From assembly GCA_965243205.1 (NCBI GenBank), contig CBDEUK010000002.1, positions 2,269,711 to 2,333,710 on the forward strand: DNA of 64,000 nt, read 5' to 3'. Positions within the stretch are counted from its first letter, which is position 1. Every line of letters starts with the position of its first letter. The stretch is from Gammaproteobacteria bacterium (GTDB lineage Bacteria; Pseudomonadota; Gammaproteobacteria; Eutrophobiales; Eutrophobiaceae). Under the pieces are notes generated by a model that worked only from the letters and a program-made list of their open reading frames with translations, made no database searches and was not told the DNA's origin. The position numbers were made by a program, and so were the translations under genes. Below, piece after piece: positions 18,100-28,269 of this stretch.

Positions 18100-20075
18100 T
18101 AAGCCAAACTAGCGTTATTAGTTTCAGGATTTTTTACAGATCGTTTTAAGGTATATCGTTTATCAGATAATGAAACGAATCCTGCGATAAACATTAATAA
18201 AGCACCTAACCATATCCAGCGAATGAATGGTTTGTAGTAGACTCTAATACTCCAAGCGCCATTAGGATCGTCGGTTAATGGTTTCCCTAAAGAAATATAT
18301 AAATCGCGTAAAAAACCAGCATCAATTGCGGCTTCTGTCATAGGTGATTGTTGACGTAAATAAAAACGTTTTTCTGGTGAAAGAGTAGCGATGACTTTTC
18401 CATCTTTTAATACATCAAAGGAGCCGCGAACATATTGATAGTTTGGCCCTTGATTTTCGCTGATACCATTAAACCGATATTCATAGGGCCCTAATTCATA
18501 ACTGTTTGATGGAGTCATAGCCAAATCAGTTTCAACTTCAAGAGTTTTTAATAAGGTCACACCAGCAATACAAAATGCAAAGCCTAAATGCCCTAATAAC
18601 ATGCCATAAAAAGATAACGGTTGTTTAAAGAAATCTCTTATCTTATGTGTTCGATTCTTTAAACGTTCTTTAATTAAAGAAAAACATGAAACGACGAGCC
18701 AAAGAGCACAGGCAAGCCCGATTAAAGTTTGAATAGAAAAACCATTTACAACACACACGAACATAATACTTATAAAGGCAATAAAGTATAAAACTAGTAG
18801 AAATCTTTTTTTCATATTACTCAATGAATCAGATTTCCAGTTAAGCAACGGTCCAATGCCTGTAAAGATTGCAAGAAACAAAAATAATGGCACAGTAACG
18901 GTATTAAAATAAGGCGGGCCAACAGAGACTTTACCTAAACCTAAAGCATCCAGTAATAGAGGGTAGAGAGTGCCCAGTAATACCGCTCCAGCAATCGTTA
19001 CTAATAGAATATTATTAATCAGTAATAAAGTTTCTTTAGAGATTTTATCTGCTGAACTTGCAGAACGAATATGACTGGCTCTTAATGCATATAATAATAA
19101 TGAACCACCAATCACGATCGATAAGAAAATTAATATTGCTAAGCCTCTTACTGGATCGGTTGCAAATGAATGCACTGATGTTAATACACCAGAACGTACT
19201 AAAAAGGTTCCAAGCAAACTCAGTGAAAACGCCAAGATTGCTAAGAGTACAGTCCAGCTTTTAAATGTACCGCGTTTTTCACTCACGGCTAAGGAATGAA
19301 TCAAAGCAGTCCCAACAAGCCAAGGCATGAACGACGCATTCTCGACTGGATCCCAAAACCACCAGCCACCCCAACCTAGTTCATAATAGGCCCACCAACT
19401 GCCAAGCCCGATACCTAAACTCAAAAATGCCCAAGCGGCAAGTGTCCAAGGTCGCGACCATCTTGCCCAGGTTGAATCCAGTTGATTACTTAATAAAGCA
19501 GCAATAGCAAAACTAAATGCGACTGAAAAACCGACATATCCCATATAAAGAACTGGTGGATGAATAATCAAACCAAAATCTTGCAGCAAAGGATTTAAAT
19601 CGTTGCCATCAACGGCTGCAGGAATCAAACGCTCAAACGGGTTAGAAGTAAATAGTAATAAACACAAAAAGCCAAAACTTACAAAACCCATCACACCTAA
19701 AACACGCGCGGTGAATATAGGCGATAAACTGTGATTGAATAAGGAAACAGCTAAGGTCCATAAAGCGACAATAAGACACCAAAGTAACAAGGATCCTTCA
19801 TGCGCTCCCCAAACAGCTGAAATACGGTAATACCAAGGCAGAGCAGAGTTAGAATTTTGCGCTATGTAGTTAACGGAAAAATCTTGAGTATAGAATCCAT
19901 AACATAATGCTAAGAAGCCAATTAAGACAAATTGAAATTGTAATAAGGCGGCCGGTTTTGCAACGGCTATCCAATTTGTGTTGTGGTAGTGCGCGCCCAG
20001 TATCGGGACGATGAATTGTATAAATGCAATAACTAAGGCAAGAATGACAGCAAAATGGCCGATTTCAATGATCAT
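18099..20075 (-). CDS. ccmF: heme lyase CcmF
   Basis: WGAHEGSLLLW, WAYYELGWGGWWFWDPVENAS, SVHSFA. Confidence 0.95.
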   Translation of the reverse strand: MIIEIGHFAVILALVIAFIQFIVPILGAHYHNTNWIAVAKPAALLQFQFVLIGFLALCYGFYTQDFSVNYIAQNSNSALPWYYRISAVWGAHEGSLLLWCLIVALWTLAVSLFNHSLSPIFTARVLGVMGFVSFGFLCLLLFTSNPFERLIPAAVDGNDLNPLLQDFGLIIHPPVLYMGYVGFSVAFSFAIAALLSNQLDSTWARWSRPWTLAAWAFLSLGIGLGSWWAYYELGWGGWWFWDPVENASFMPWLVGTALIHSLAVSEKRGTFKSWTVLLAILAFSLSLLGTFLVRSGVLTSVHSFATDPVRGLAILIFLSIVIGGSLLLYALRASHIRSASSADKISKETLLLINNILLVTIAGAVLLGTLYPLLLDALGLGKVSVGPPYFNTVTVPLFLFLAIFTGIGPLLNWKSDSLSNMKKRFLLVLYFIAFISIMFVCVVNGFSIQTLIGLACALWLVVSCFSLIKERLKNRTHKIRDFFKQPLSFYGMLLGHLGFAFCIAGVTLLKTLEVETDLAMTPSNSYELGPYEYRFNGISENQGPNYQYVRGSFDVLKDGKVIATLSPEKRFYLRQQSPMTEAAIDAGFLRDLYISLGKPLTDDPNGAWSIRVYYKPFIRWIWLGALLMFIAGFVSLSDKRYTLKRSVKNPETNNASLA

Positions 20076-20077
20076 AC

Positions 20078-20503
20078 TTATTCGTCTGAGTTAGCCAAAG
20101 CATCGGCGACTTCGGGCGGCATATAGTTTTCATCATGCTTTGCTAGAACTTCTTCAGCTATAAAAGTACCGTCTTCGTTTAATATGCCGTGTGCCACAAT
20201 TCCCTGACCTTCACGAAATAAATCTGGCAAGATTCCAGTGTATTCAACTTCAACGGATTGTTTAAAATCAGTTAAGGCGAAACGAACTTTTAAACTATTT
20301 TCTTCTTGTTTGAATGAACCGTTTTCTACCATACCGCCAAGACGAAATTTATAGTCTTTCGGTGCTTCTCCAGCTACGACTTCAGATGGGCTGTAAAAGA
20401 ACATTAAGTTTTGCTGAAACGCAGTCAGCGCTAAAGCAACAGCAGTTGCAATAACAATGACTAATAGACTGATATAAATGATACGTTTTTGGCGAGGTTT
20501 CAT
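20078..20503 (-). CDS. ccmE: heme chaperone CcmE
   Basis: LPDLFREGQG, LAKHDENYMPPE. Confidence 0.95.
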   Translation of the reverse strand: MKPRQKRIIYISLLVIVIATAVALALTAFQQNLMFFYSPSEVVAGEAPKDYKFRLGGMVENGSFKQEENSLKVRFALTDFKQSVEVEYTGILPDLFREGQGIVAHGILNEDGTFIAEEVLAKHDENYMPPEVADALANSDE

Positions 20504-20655
20504 GACTCGATATCTTTACTGGATTTAATTAGTCGAATGATTTGTTTCATTTTATTTTTAGCAAAAAATACATTACCGATTAATACCACACCAGCAATGC
20601 CATAAGCGGTCCATACATAAAAACCATAACCACCCATATGAAAAAAATCAGCCAT
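20500..20655 (-). CDS. ccmD: heme exporter protein CcmD (51 aa)
   Basis: Not in ORF track. Manual translation MADFFHMGGYGFYVWTAYGIAGVVLIGNVFFAKNKMKQIIRLIKSSKDIES. MGGY..YVW..YG motif; overlaps the ccmC stop (TAATG) and the ccmE start (ATGA). Confidence 0.88.
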   Translation of the reverse strand: MADFFHMGGYGFYVWTAYGIAGVVLIGNVFFAKNKMKQIIRLIKSSKDIES

Positions 20656-21395
20656 TACTTCAGTACCTCATCAACCCAATTTGATTGTTGTTCGCGTTCT
20701 AGTAATTCTGCGCGAGATCGCATGAATAGCATTGTAAAGAAATACAGCTTGAACGCGATTGTCATGATTAATAAAGGAATCAGCATACTTGGATGTACGG
20801 ATGGTGCTGATACATCGTTGAAAATTGAACCTTGATGTAAAGTATTCCACCAAACGACTGAATAATGAATGATTGGAATATTAATAACGCCTACGATTGC
20901 TAATAAGGAACAGGCACGAGAGGCTTTCCGCTTATCGAGAATAGATGAGTCCAACGCGATGATTCCAAGGTAGATAAAGAACAAGAGCAATTCGGAAGTC
21001 AATCTTGCATCCCATACCCAGTAGGTTCCCCACATGGGTTTGCCCCACAACATACCGGTTGCTAAAGCAATAAAGGTAAATGAAGCGCCTAGGGGTGCAC
21101 AGCAAGAGACAATGACTTCAGCAACCTTAATTCGCCAGATTAGGGCAATAATTGCTGCAACTGTCATCGAAATATATGTAAATAACGATAACCATGCTGC
21201 AGGCACATGGATAAAGATAATTCGGTAGCTTTCGCCCTGTTGGTAATCTTCAGGTGCTACGAATAATCCACCGTATAAGCCAACCGCAAAACACATTAAG
21301 CATGCAGTAGCCAGCCAAGGAATTAATTTTCCTGACCAATTATAGTAAGTAAGTGGGGCACCTAAGCGTTTTAAAAAAAGTGGTACATATTTCAT
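20655..21395 (-). CDS. ccmC: heme exporter protein CcmC
   Basis: RIIFIHVPAAW, WGKPMWGTYWVWDARLTS, WWNTLHQ. Confidence 0.95.
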   Translation of the reverse strand: MKYVPLFLKRLGAPLTYYNWSGKLIPWLATACLMCFAVGLYGGLFVAPEDYQQGESYRIIFIHVPAAWLSLFTYISMTVAAIIALIWRIKVAEVIVSCCAPLGASFTFIALATGMLWGKPMWGTYWVWDARLTSELLLFFIYLGIIALDSSILDKRKASRACSLLAIVGVINIPIIHYSVVWWNTLHQGSIFNDVSAPSVHPSMLIPLLIMTIAFKLYFFTMLFMRSRAELLEREQQSNWVDEVLK

Positions 21396-21759
21396 CGAAT
21401 CTCCATAATAGCGTAATCTGATGATTTTTATGAATTATTTCATCGATAAATCGCAAAATTTAATAAACTGTTCGTAAAACTATTTTTTAATATCTTGTCT
21501 GAGCAGGTTCTCTTAGCTGATTAATTCTTAAGCAAAATTTTTAAACAAAACTGTAATAAAAGAAAAAATAATCAATAAAATCAATATGTTGCTTCGCAGC
21601 ATTTTGTCAAATACATTTGTAAAAAAGGTTTAAATTGATCTATTATTACAGTGCAGTTAGGAGAAGTCGTAAGAAGAAGATCAGATTAATCCTTTTTTGC
21701 CTGCGACAGTTCGTAGCTGCTGAGTGCGAATTTTTATGTAATATGGGGAGGAAGTTTCA

Positions 21760-21966
21760 ATGAGTGCAGGTACTGTTAAATGGTTCAGTTCGTCTAAAGG
21801 ATTTGGGTTTATCGAGCCACAAGGTGGAGGTGATGATATATTTGTACATTATTCAGTGATTAAGTCAGAGGGGTTTAAAACACTGAATGAAGGTCAAAAT
21901 GTTTCCTATGAAGTTGAGGAAGGTCCAAAAGGCTATCATGCCACTGAAGTTCAGGTAGTGAACTAA
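21760..21966 (+). CDS. cspD: cold-shock domain protein, CspD-like
   Basis: GTVKWF, KGFGFI, DIFVHYS, GPKGYHA. Confidence 0.75.
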   Translation: MSAGTVKWFSSSKGFGFIEPQGGGDDIFVHYSVIKSEGFKTLNEGQNVSYEVEEGPKGYHATEVQVVN

Positions 21967-21998
21967 ATAAAAATAACAAATAAAATGTCATAATTAAG

Positions 21999-22024
21999 AA
22001 ACCTCGATTTATCGGGGTTTTTTT
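21999..22024 (+). terminator. intrinsic terminator
   Basis: AAACCTCGA-ttta-TCGGGGTTT-TTTT. Confidence 0.7.
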
Positions 22025-22080
22025 CTGCCTTGAACACAGAAAGATCATACACTATCAATCATTATCACTAGGAGTTGCTT

Positions 22081-22281
22081 ATGATGGGTGAAATGCCTTT
22101 ATGGCTAATAATACTTTGGGCCCTAGGTGGCTTGATGGCAATTTTTGTTTTCTTACCAGGTATCAAGGCGAGTATGGAACAAACACGCAATGCGGAAAAT
22201 AAAGATTGGGCAGGTTTTATGTTACCCATTGCTGTCGTTATATTATTTGTAGCGTTTTTAATTACCTTAGTACGCTCATAA
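22081..22281 (+). CDS. small two-TM hypothetical membrane protein
   Basis: RBS GGAG at 22071; two hydrophobic segments flanking ...DW..F.LPI. Confidence 0.65.
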   Translation: MMGEMPLWLIILWALGGLMAIFVFLPGIKASMEQTRNAENKDWAGFMLPIAVVILFVAFLITLVRS

Positions 22282-22345
22282 TGGAACAATTAGTCGATTG
22301 CAATATCCAATCGACCGAACACACAATAAATAGAACAGGATTCAT

Positions 22346-22744
22346 TTGATGAAAAAATTATTATTATTGTTGAATTTATTACTGGCTTTGAGCCTATCTT
22401 TTTCAGTCTTTGCAGAAGAGGAAGCAGAAGAACAATTATTAACTGGCCAAGAATTATTTGATCGTTGTAACGAAGGCGCATCACCTGGAAATCCAAGTCA
22501 ATTTTGTATGCAATATGTATTTGGGTATCTCCAACAAATTGAAATGTTGATGCAAATGGATCCTTCTCAAAAACGATTCATCTGTCTAGATCCACAGAAA
22601 GTTGGTCCCCATGAGGCTACTGAGAAAGTTCGTAATTGGTTAGGTGGCGTTCCTGATAGACTTGGGCAAGAAGCACAGATATTAGTAGGTGAAGCCTTAG
22701 CTAAAAATTATCCATGTGAAACCAGCGGTCCATCTCCATTCTAA
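22346..22744 (+). CDS. periplasmic Rap1a/Tai4-like protein
   Basis: Signal peptide. TGQELFDRC, FCMQYVFG, FICL and ALAKNYPC give the four-Cys pattern typical of the Rap1a immunity family. Confidence 0.65.
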   Translation: MMKKLLLLLNLLLALSLSFSVFAEEEAEEQLLTGQELFDRCNEGASPGNPSQFCMQYVFGYLQQIEMLMQMDPSQKRFICLDPQKVGPHEATEKVRNWLGGVPDRLGQEAQILVGEALAKNYPCETSGPSPF

Positions 22745-22753
22745 AGATATTCA

Positions 22754-23554
22754 GTGACTGAACTCGCTCGCAAACAACAATACGACTTCAATAAGCTACA
22801 AAAACGCCTACGTCGTAATGTAGGTAAAGCGATTGAAGATTTCTCGATGATTGAATCGGGAGATAAAGTTATGGTGTGTTTATCAGGTGGAGCTGACTCT
22901 TACACCATGCTGGATATACTTTTAAAGTTAAGAGAAAGTGCGCCAGTTGATTTTGAATTAGTTGCAGTAAATCTCGATCAAAAACAACCAGGATTCCCTG
23001 AACACATACTTCCAGACTACTTATCTAACTTGGGTATTCCATTCCATATTCTTGAACAGGATACATACAGTGTAGTTAAAGGTGTGATTGCTGAGGGCAA
23101 GACCATGTGTGGTCTTTGTTCAAGATTGCGTCGAGGTATTTTATACACGTTTGCTAAAAACAATGGTTTTACCAAAATTGCCTTAGGCCATCATCGTGAT
23201 GATATCGTTGAAACATTATTTTTAAATATGTTTTATGGTGGCAAGATAAAATCTATGCCGCCTAAACTTTTAAGTGATGATGGCGATAATATTGTGATTC
23301 GACCATTAGCTTATTGCAAAGAAACTGATATTAAACGTTATGCAGAAGTACAAGAATTTCCTATCATTCCATGTACCTTATGTGGCTCGCAAGATAATTT
23401 ACAAAGACAAGTGATAAAGCAAATGTTACAAGATTGGGATAAACAATATCCTGGTCGTGTTGAGCATATTTTTAGCAGTATGCAAAATATTGTGCCATCA
23501 CATATGTTGGATCATGAACAGTTCGACTTTTCAGATCTAAAATTAAATTCTTAA
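22754..23554 (+). CDS. ttcA: tRNA 2-thiocytidine(32) synthetase
   Basis: PP-loop [31 protein letters not shown]. Confidence 0.95.
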   Translation: MTELARKQQYDFNKLQKRLRRNVGKAIEDFSMIESGDKVMVCLSGGADSYTMLDILLKLRESAPVDFELVAVNLDQKQPGFPEHILPDYLSNLGIPFHILEQDTYSVVKGVIAEGKTMCGLCSRLRRGILYTFAKNNGFTKIALGHHRDDIVETLFLNMFYGGKIKSMPPKLLSDDGDNIVIRPLAYCKETDIKRYAEVQEFPIIPCTLCGSQDNLQRQVIKQMLQDWDKQYPGRVEHIFSSMQNIVPSHMLDHEQFDFSDLKLNS

Positions 23555-23583
23555 TTTACATATAAACTCTAATTCTTCATTTC

Positions 23584-24240
23584 ATGTTAGAAATTGCAAT
23601 CATTATTAAATATGTATTCATTGCTATCCCTATTGTTTTTGCTGTGACGATTCATGAGGTAGCTCATGGTTGGGTAGCAAAAATAAATGGTGATAACACT
23701 GCGGCGAGTTTAGGACGTTTAAGCATTAACCCGATCAAACATATCGACCCTATAGGTACAGTGTTAGTACCAGTTATATTAATGTATTTATTTGGAACAC
23801 CGTTTGGTTGGGCAAAACCCGTTCCTGTCAGTTGGAATAAATTAAATAAACCCAAACGTGATATGGCGTTCGTAGCTGCAGCTGGTCCAATAGCAAATTT
23901 GATGATGCTAATTTTTTGGGCAATTATATTTAAATTAGCAGATGGTTTTAGTGTTGATTGGTGGAATGTAAGTCAGATAATAATTTATATAGCAAATATT
24001 GGAATCTTAATTAATGCTGTAATTATGATACTAAATTTGATTCCAATTCCACCTTTAGATGGCTCAAGGATTGTATCAAGCTTAATGCCTGATAAATTCT
24101 CTGAAACATATTCACGTATTGAACCTTATGGTATCGTTATTGTAATAGTTTTGATGGTTTCAGGCGTATTGGGTAAAGTTTTGATGCCAACGATTTATGC
24201 AGTATCAGATACAGTAATTTCTATTTTGGCTATTATTTAG
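23584..24240 (+). CDS. site-2 protease family (M50) membrane metalloprotease
   Basis: HEVAH, GWAKPVPV, AAGP, NLIPIPPLDGS. Confidence 0.9.
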   Translation: MLEIAIIIKYVFIAIPIVFAVTIHEVAHGWVAKINGDNTAASLGRLSINPIKHIDPIGTVLVPVILMYLFGTPFGWAKPVPVSWNKLNKPKRDMAFVAAAGPIANLMMLIFWAIIFKLADGFSVDWWNVSQIIIYIANIGILINAVIMILNLIPIPPLDGSRIVSSLMPDKFSETYSRIEPYGIVIVIVLMVSGVLGKVLMPTIYAVSDTVISILAII

Positions 24241-24285
24241 CAAAATATAATAAAAATTGATTCTAACCTTAGGAGAGGATAGGTT

Positions 24286-25332
24286 ATGAATAATTTACCT
24301 GAGTTGTTGACTCAGTTTTCCAATCTTGATTATTTTATTTTTACAATCAATTTATTGTTGTTTGTATTTTCGAAACCGATTATTTCTGGTTTTAAGTCGC
24401 AAAACGATGGTAGTGCTACCAAGTTAATTACCTTAAGAACGATCAATATTATATTGATCTTATTATATGTCAGTGCTTTTTTTCTGGATGATGTTGCAAA
24501 ATTAATTTCTAAGACGGGTTTAACATTATTATTAAGTTTCTTGTTTGTGCATTTCGCACATATATTTACCTTACGTAAGTTTGGTCGAGAAAAAGAAATC
24601 GACGGAACAGTCTATAGAACCGAAACCTATCAATCAGAAATGTTCAATCTATTAATTGTACTTATTACATTAATAACAGCATTTGTATTAATAATAAATA
24701 TATGGGGTTTAACGGATTGGTTAAAGGCTACTAGTGTATTAGGTATATTAGCTTTAATAGTTTTCTCAACCAAAGATGTATGGGCACCAGATAATATTAA
24801 TGGTTTGATCCTTTTATATAATGGCGATATAGAGCCTGGTGCGGTTGTCAAAGTAGACGAACTAAATTTGTTTGCTATTTTAATGCAAACTACGTTAACC
24901 CAAACTTCTTTTAGAGATCTGCGTAGTAAACATTTGATTGTGATTCCTAACTCTAAATTACGTAATAGTAAAATTGAGGTGTTAACAAAATCACCAAACA
25001 GCGGTTTGATATGGTTTATTGATTATAATATTGGTTATGGCATTACGCCTGAACAAGTAGAAGAATTTTTCAATGCGGTTTGGGAGATGGCGGCTGAACA
25101 ACATGCCTCTATTAATTCAGAGAAACCAGCTGTAGTAAAATGTTTTCAAACGGCCGATCATGCAGTGACTTGGCGATTAGGTTATTGGGTAAAAAATATC
25201 TACAGTGTATTGGACACAGAATTTACAGTGAACAAATGTGCTTATACATTGTCTTTAGAAAAGGGAATTGAGCTAGCAACACCGTTAACTCACCATATCG
25301 TGGCTAATAATTATGATGAAACCAGTAAATAA
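24286..25332 (+). CDS. MscS-family mechanosensitive channel
   Basis: Several N-terminal TMs, NGL.LL...I..G..V beta-domain, IPNSKL, C-terminal GIELATP. Confidence 0.7.
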   Translation: MNNLPELLTQFSNLDYFIFTINLLLFVFSKPIISGFKSQNDGSATKLITLRTINIILILLYVSAFFLDDVAKLISKTGLTLLLSFLFVHFAHIFTLRKFGREKEIDGTVYRTETYQSEMFNLLIVLITLITAFVLIINIWGLTDWLKATSVLGILALIVFSTKDVWAPDNINGLILLYNGDIEPGAVVKVDELNLFAILMQTTLTQTSFRDLRSKHLIVIPNSKLRNSKIEVLTKSPNSGLIWFIDYNIGYGITPEQVEEFFNAVWEMAAEQHASINSEKPAVVKCFQTADHAVTWRLGYWVKNIYSVLDTEFTVNKCAYTLSLEKGIELATPLTHHIVANNYDETSK

Positions 25333-26134
25333 TCACTTATTAAATTCATTTATACTTTCTATCGTTTTAATTTCTAATGCTTATGCAGATTATGAATCTA
25401 GTTATCAAGCTTATAAAGCGGGCGATTACGAAACAGCTTATACTGGTTTTATTGAATTAGCGGAAGACGAATCCCATCCTAAAGCGATGTTTTATTTGGG
25501 AACGATGTATCGAGAAGGTAAAGGCGTAGAACAGAATTACTCTGAAGCATTATCTTGGTATAAAAAAGTTGCAGACCAAGGTGAGCCAAAAGCTCAACAT
25601 AACGTAGCAATGTTTTACCATAATGGTATATCTGTAGAACAAGATTATGTTATTGCTAAAGAATGGTATGAAAAAGCTGCCGCCCAAGATTATATTCCAT
25701 CTATAACTAACTTAGCTTTATTGCATTATCGTGGTCAAGGCATCTCAAAAAATATTCCAAAAGCAATTGATTGGTGGCGAAAGTCTGCCGATTTAGGTAA
25801 CAAAGGTGCTCAGCATAACTTAGGTTTAATGTATTACCTAGGTCAAGAAGTGGAACAAGATTACCAAGAAGCCTATAAATGGTATCGCATGGCGGCTGAA
25901 AATGGTTCTAAAGAAGCTCAGAACAGTTTAGGTAGTATGTATCATGATGGTATTGGCATTGAAGAAAATTATATAGAAGCCTATGCATGGTTTCGCTTAG
26001 CAAAAGAACAAGAATTTGAAAGTGCTAAAGTGAATGTTGCGATCATTGAATCAAAAATTTCTGCAGAAGATTTAGAAAAAGCAAAATTATTATACGAAGA
26101 CTATGCAATAAAATATGCAGTAGCTGACAATTGA
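25313..26134 (+). CDS. secreted Sel1-repeat protein
   Basis: Signal peptide; ~5 repeats of A..NLG.MY..G.GV.QDY..A..WY..AA. Confidence 0.9.
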   Translation: MMKPVNNHLLNSFILSIVLISNAYADYESSYQAYKAGDYETAYTGFIELAEDESHPKAMFYLGTMYREGKGVEQNYSEALSWYKKVADQGEPKAQHNVAMFYHNGISVEQDYVIAKEWYEKAAAQDYIPSITNLALLHYRGQGISKNIPKAIDWWRKSADLGNKGAQHNLGLMYYLGQEVEQDYQEAYKWYRMAAENGSKEAQNSLGSMYHDGIGIEENYIEAYAWFRLAKEQEFESAKVNVAIIESKISAEDLEKAKLLYEDYAIKYAVADN

Positions 26135-26509
26135 TCAGCTATCTGCAATCGCAAACATTTGTAACACTTCTAATTCAACATGTTGTAAAACAGACTCATG
26201 TGTTGAACGTAAATAAATTTTGGGCGCAATACCTGCTTCTAAGGCTTCAATCCAACGACCAAGACAAATACACCATTTATCACCAGGCTTAAGGCCAGGG
26301 AAATCATAATCTTCATTTGGTGTCATCAAATCATTGCCTTGCTTTTTAGAGAACTCTAAAAATTCTTGCGTCATAACCGCACAGACAGTATGTTGACCTA
26401 AGTCTTCATCACAGCCAATGCAATTACCGTCACGAAAAAATCCTGTGCGATTTTCCATACAACAATCATGTAAAGGTGTTTTTAATACGTTCATCGTCAT
26501 AAACTCCAT
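26135..26509 (-). CDS. DUF2237 family protein
   Basis: TGFFRDG.C, HTVCA, GNDL.TP, FPGLKPGDKWCIC..RW. Confidence 0.85.
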   Translation of the reverse strand: MEFMTMNVLKTPLHDCCMENRTGFFRDGNCIGCDEDLGQHTVCAVMTQEFLEFSKKQGNDLMTPNEDYDFPGLKPGDKWCICLGRWIEALEAGIAPKIYLRSTHESVLQHVELEVLQMFAIADS

Positions 26510-26553
26510 TGCAACTTTATTAAACTAAAAATTCAAGTGTTTTTTATTATTAA

Positions 26554-27663
26554 TTAATTGTGTAATGCACGAACTAAATCTTTCCATGCATTAATAGTTA
26601 ATAAACCACGGTGATGAAAAAATATTGTTTGGGCGATTGAGCGAAATACTGGGTTAGTCAGAATTATATCGTATACTTTATTAGGTATATGAATATGGTC
26701 ATGAGCCCAACGTAGTAACTGCTTGGTTTGATAATTAGGTATAATAGTCTTTAAATTATAGATATGATTGATATCATCATCATATAAATATTGACTTATC
26801 GCTTCTCCAGAAAATTTCCCTATTTCTATCGCGGGATGAATCCCTCCTGCAGTCAAAGGTGATACCATGCCTGCAGCGTCGCCAATTAACATGACATTAT
26901 CTTTGTAATATTGCTTTACCACACCACCACACGGTATTAGACCTCCTCTATATCCAAGTAATTCAGCTTTATCAAATTTAAATAAGCGGTGTAGTTTTTT
27001 AATAAAACCATGCAGATTAATCTTACTAGGGTATTTGCATGCCAAACCGATTTGAGTACATTCAACGCCTGGTGCAATCCAACCGATATAACCATTAGCG
27101 AATTCTGAATCTAGAAACACATGTAAGCGGCTTTGATCAACGTCTTCCATTGTTTCGTATTCAGCTTCTGCACCGATCAAAAAATGTTTGTTTTTACCAA
27201 GTTGATAATTTCTGGCAACGGAAGAACGTGCACCATCACAACCTAAAACAAAACGAGACTTTAATTTGTTAAATGGAAATACATGATAATCATCGTTGAG
27301 GTAAGAGCCTCGGTAATTCGTATTCGTTACAATTTCAACACCAAACTGTTTCACATCATTGGCATACCATTGCAGTAGATTTGAAGTATCGGTGGTATAA
27401 AATGAATATCCTGGAGATTCTAAATCAATCCAGTCTAGTGAAGGACTATATAAACGTATACCGGTTATTTGTTTTAATAGTGAAGATGGTACATTCCATT
27501 GCTCAATAATTTCTTTTACTAAAATACCTGTGGTATGAATTTTTTCTCCAACGTTGGTTTTTTTCTCAAGGATAATAGTTTCGCACCCACCTAATGCCGC
27601 TGACTTAGCAGCAGATAAACCAGCAAAACTTGCTCCTACTATACTTAAATCGTATTTTTTCAT
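26554..27663 (-). CDS. FAD-dependent oxidoreductase, geranylgeranyl reductase family
   Basis: IVGASFAGL dinucleotide fold, GCDGARS, GYIGWIAP, IGDAAGMVSPLTAGGI. Overlaps the sortase stop by 4 bp. Confidence 0.8.
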   Translation of the reverse strand: MKKYDLSIVGASFAGLSAAKSAALGGCETIILEKKTNVGEKIHTTGILVKEIIEQWNVPSSLLKQITGIRLYSPSLDWIDLESPGYSFYTTDTSNLLQWYANDVKQFGVEIVTNTNYRGSYLNDDYHVFPFNKLKSRFVLGCDGARSSVARNYQLGKNKHFLIGAEAEYETMEDVDQSRLHVFLDSEFANGYIGWIAPGVECTQIGLACKYPSKINLHGFIKKLHRLFKFDKAELLGYRGGLIPCGGVVKQYYKDNVMLIGDAAGMVSPLTAGGIHPAIEIGKFSGEAISQYLYDDDINHIYNLKTIIPNYQTKQLLRWAHDHIHIPNKVYDIILTNPVFRSIAQTIFFHHRGLLTINAWKDLVRALHN

Positions 27664-28268
27664 AGCAATAATCCTTGTGGTTTATTACTAGGAACTGCTT
27701 GCACTACATAACGTAATGGTCCCCCTGGAATAACGGCAGTAAATGGGTAACACGTTATAAGTGAGAGTTGTTTAATGTTACTTGTGTAAAGTTGCGCTGT
27801 ATCATTTTCATCCGCAATATAAATATTTTTAACTAGGTATGTATCAATAACACCATCATCACGTTGAATAGTTATTTCATCGCCTAATTTTAATTCACGT
27901 AAAAAAGCAAAATGCGTATCACGATGTCCTGCAACAATGCTATTCCCCTTGCTAGAAAATGTATGCGAATTAAAAAGGTGCCCTGGACCGAAGGCCAATG
28001 TAGAACCATTGGCTCCGGCCAGGACAATGCGGTGTAAATCCAGCCGTGGCACAGTAAGACGAGCAACAGGCCAGGTATCCGCCCATGGCCAGGGCTTAAC
28101 AGCAGAGTGTTTCTCTAATGTTTGTTGCCATGCTGTCTCTAGGAGGAGCTGTGCCACATAGGCTTTTGTAGGTATATAAGCGGCTTGCGCTATATTCCAT
28201 AAACCGCAAAGGGGGAGAGCGATGAGTAAACTTTTAAGAATAAAATTTTTGATTGATCGGTTAAACAT
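27660..28268 (-). CDS. marine proteobacterial (class GN) sortase
   Basis: KPWPWADTWPVARL, LAFGPGH, AGHRDTHF, catalytic LITCYPF, GGPLRY. Confidence 0.92.
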   Translation of the reverse strand: MFNRSIKNFILKSLLIALPLCGLWNIAQAAYIPTKAYVAQLLLETAWQQTLEKHSAVKPWPWADTWPVARLTVPRLDLHRIVLAGANGSTLAFGPGHLFNSHTFSSKGNSIVAGHRDTHFAFLRELKLGDEITIQRDDGVIDTYLVKNIYIADENDTAQLYTSNIKQLSLITCYPFTAVIPGGPLRYVVQAVPSNKPQGLLL

Positions 28269-28269
28269 A

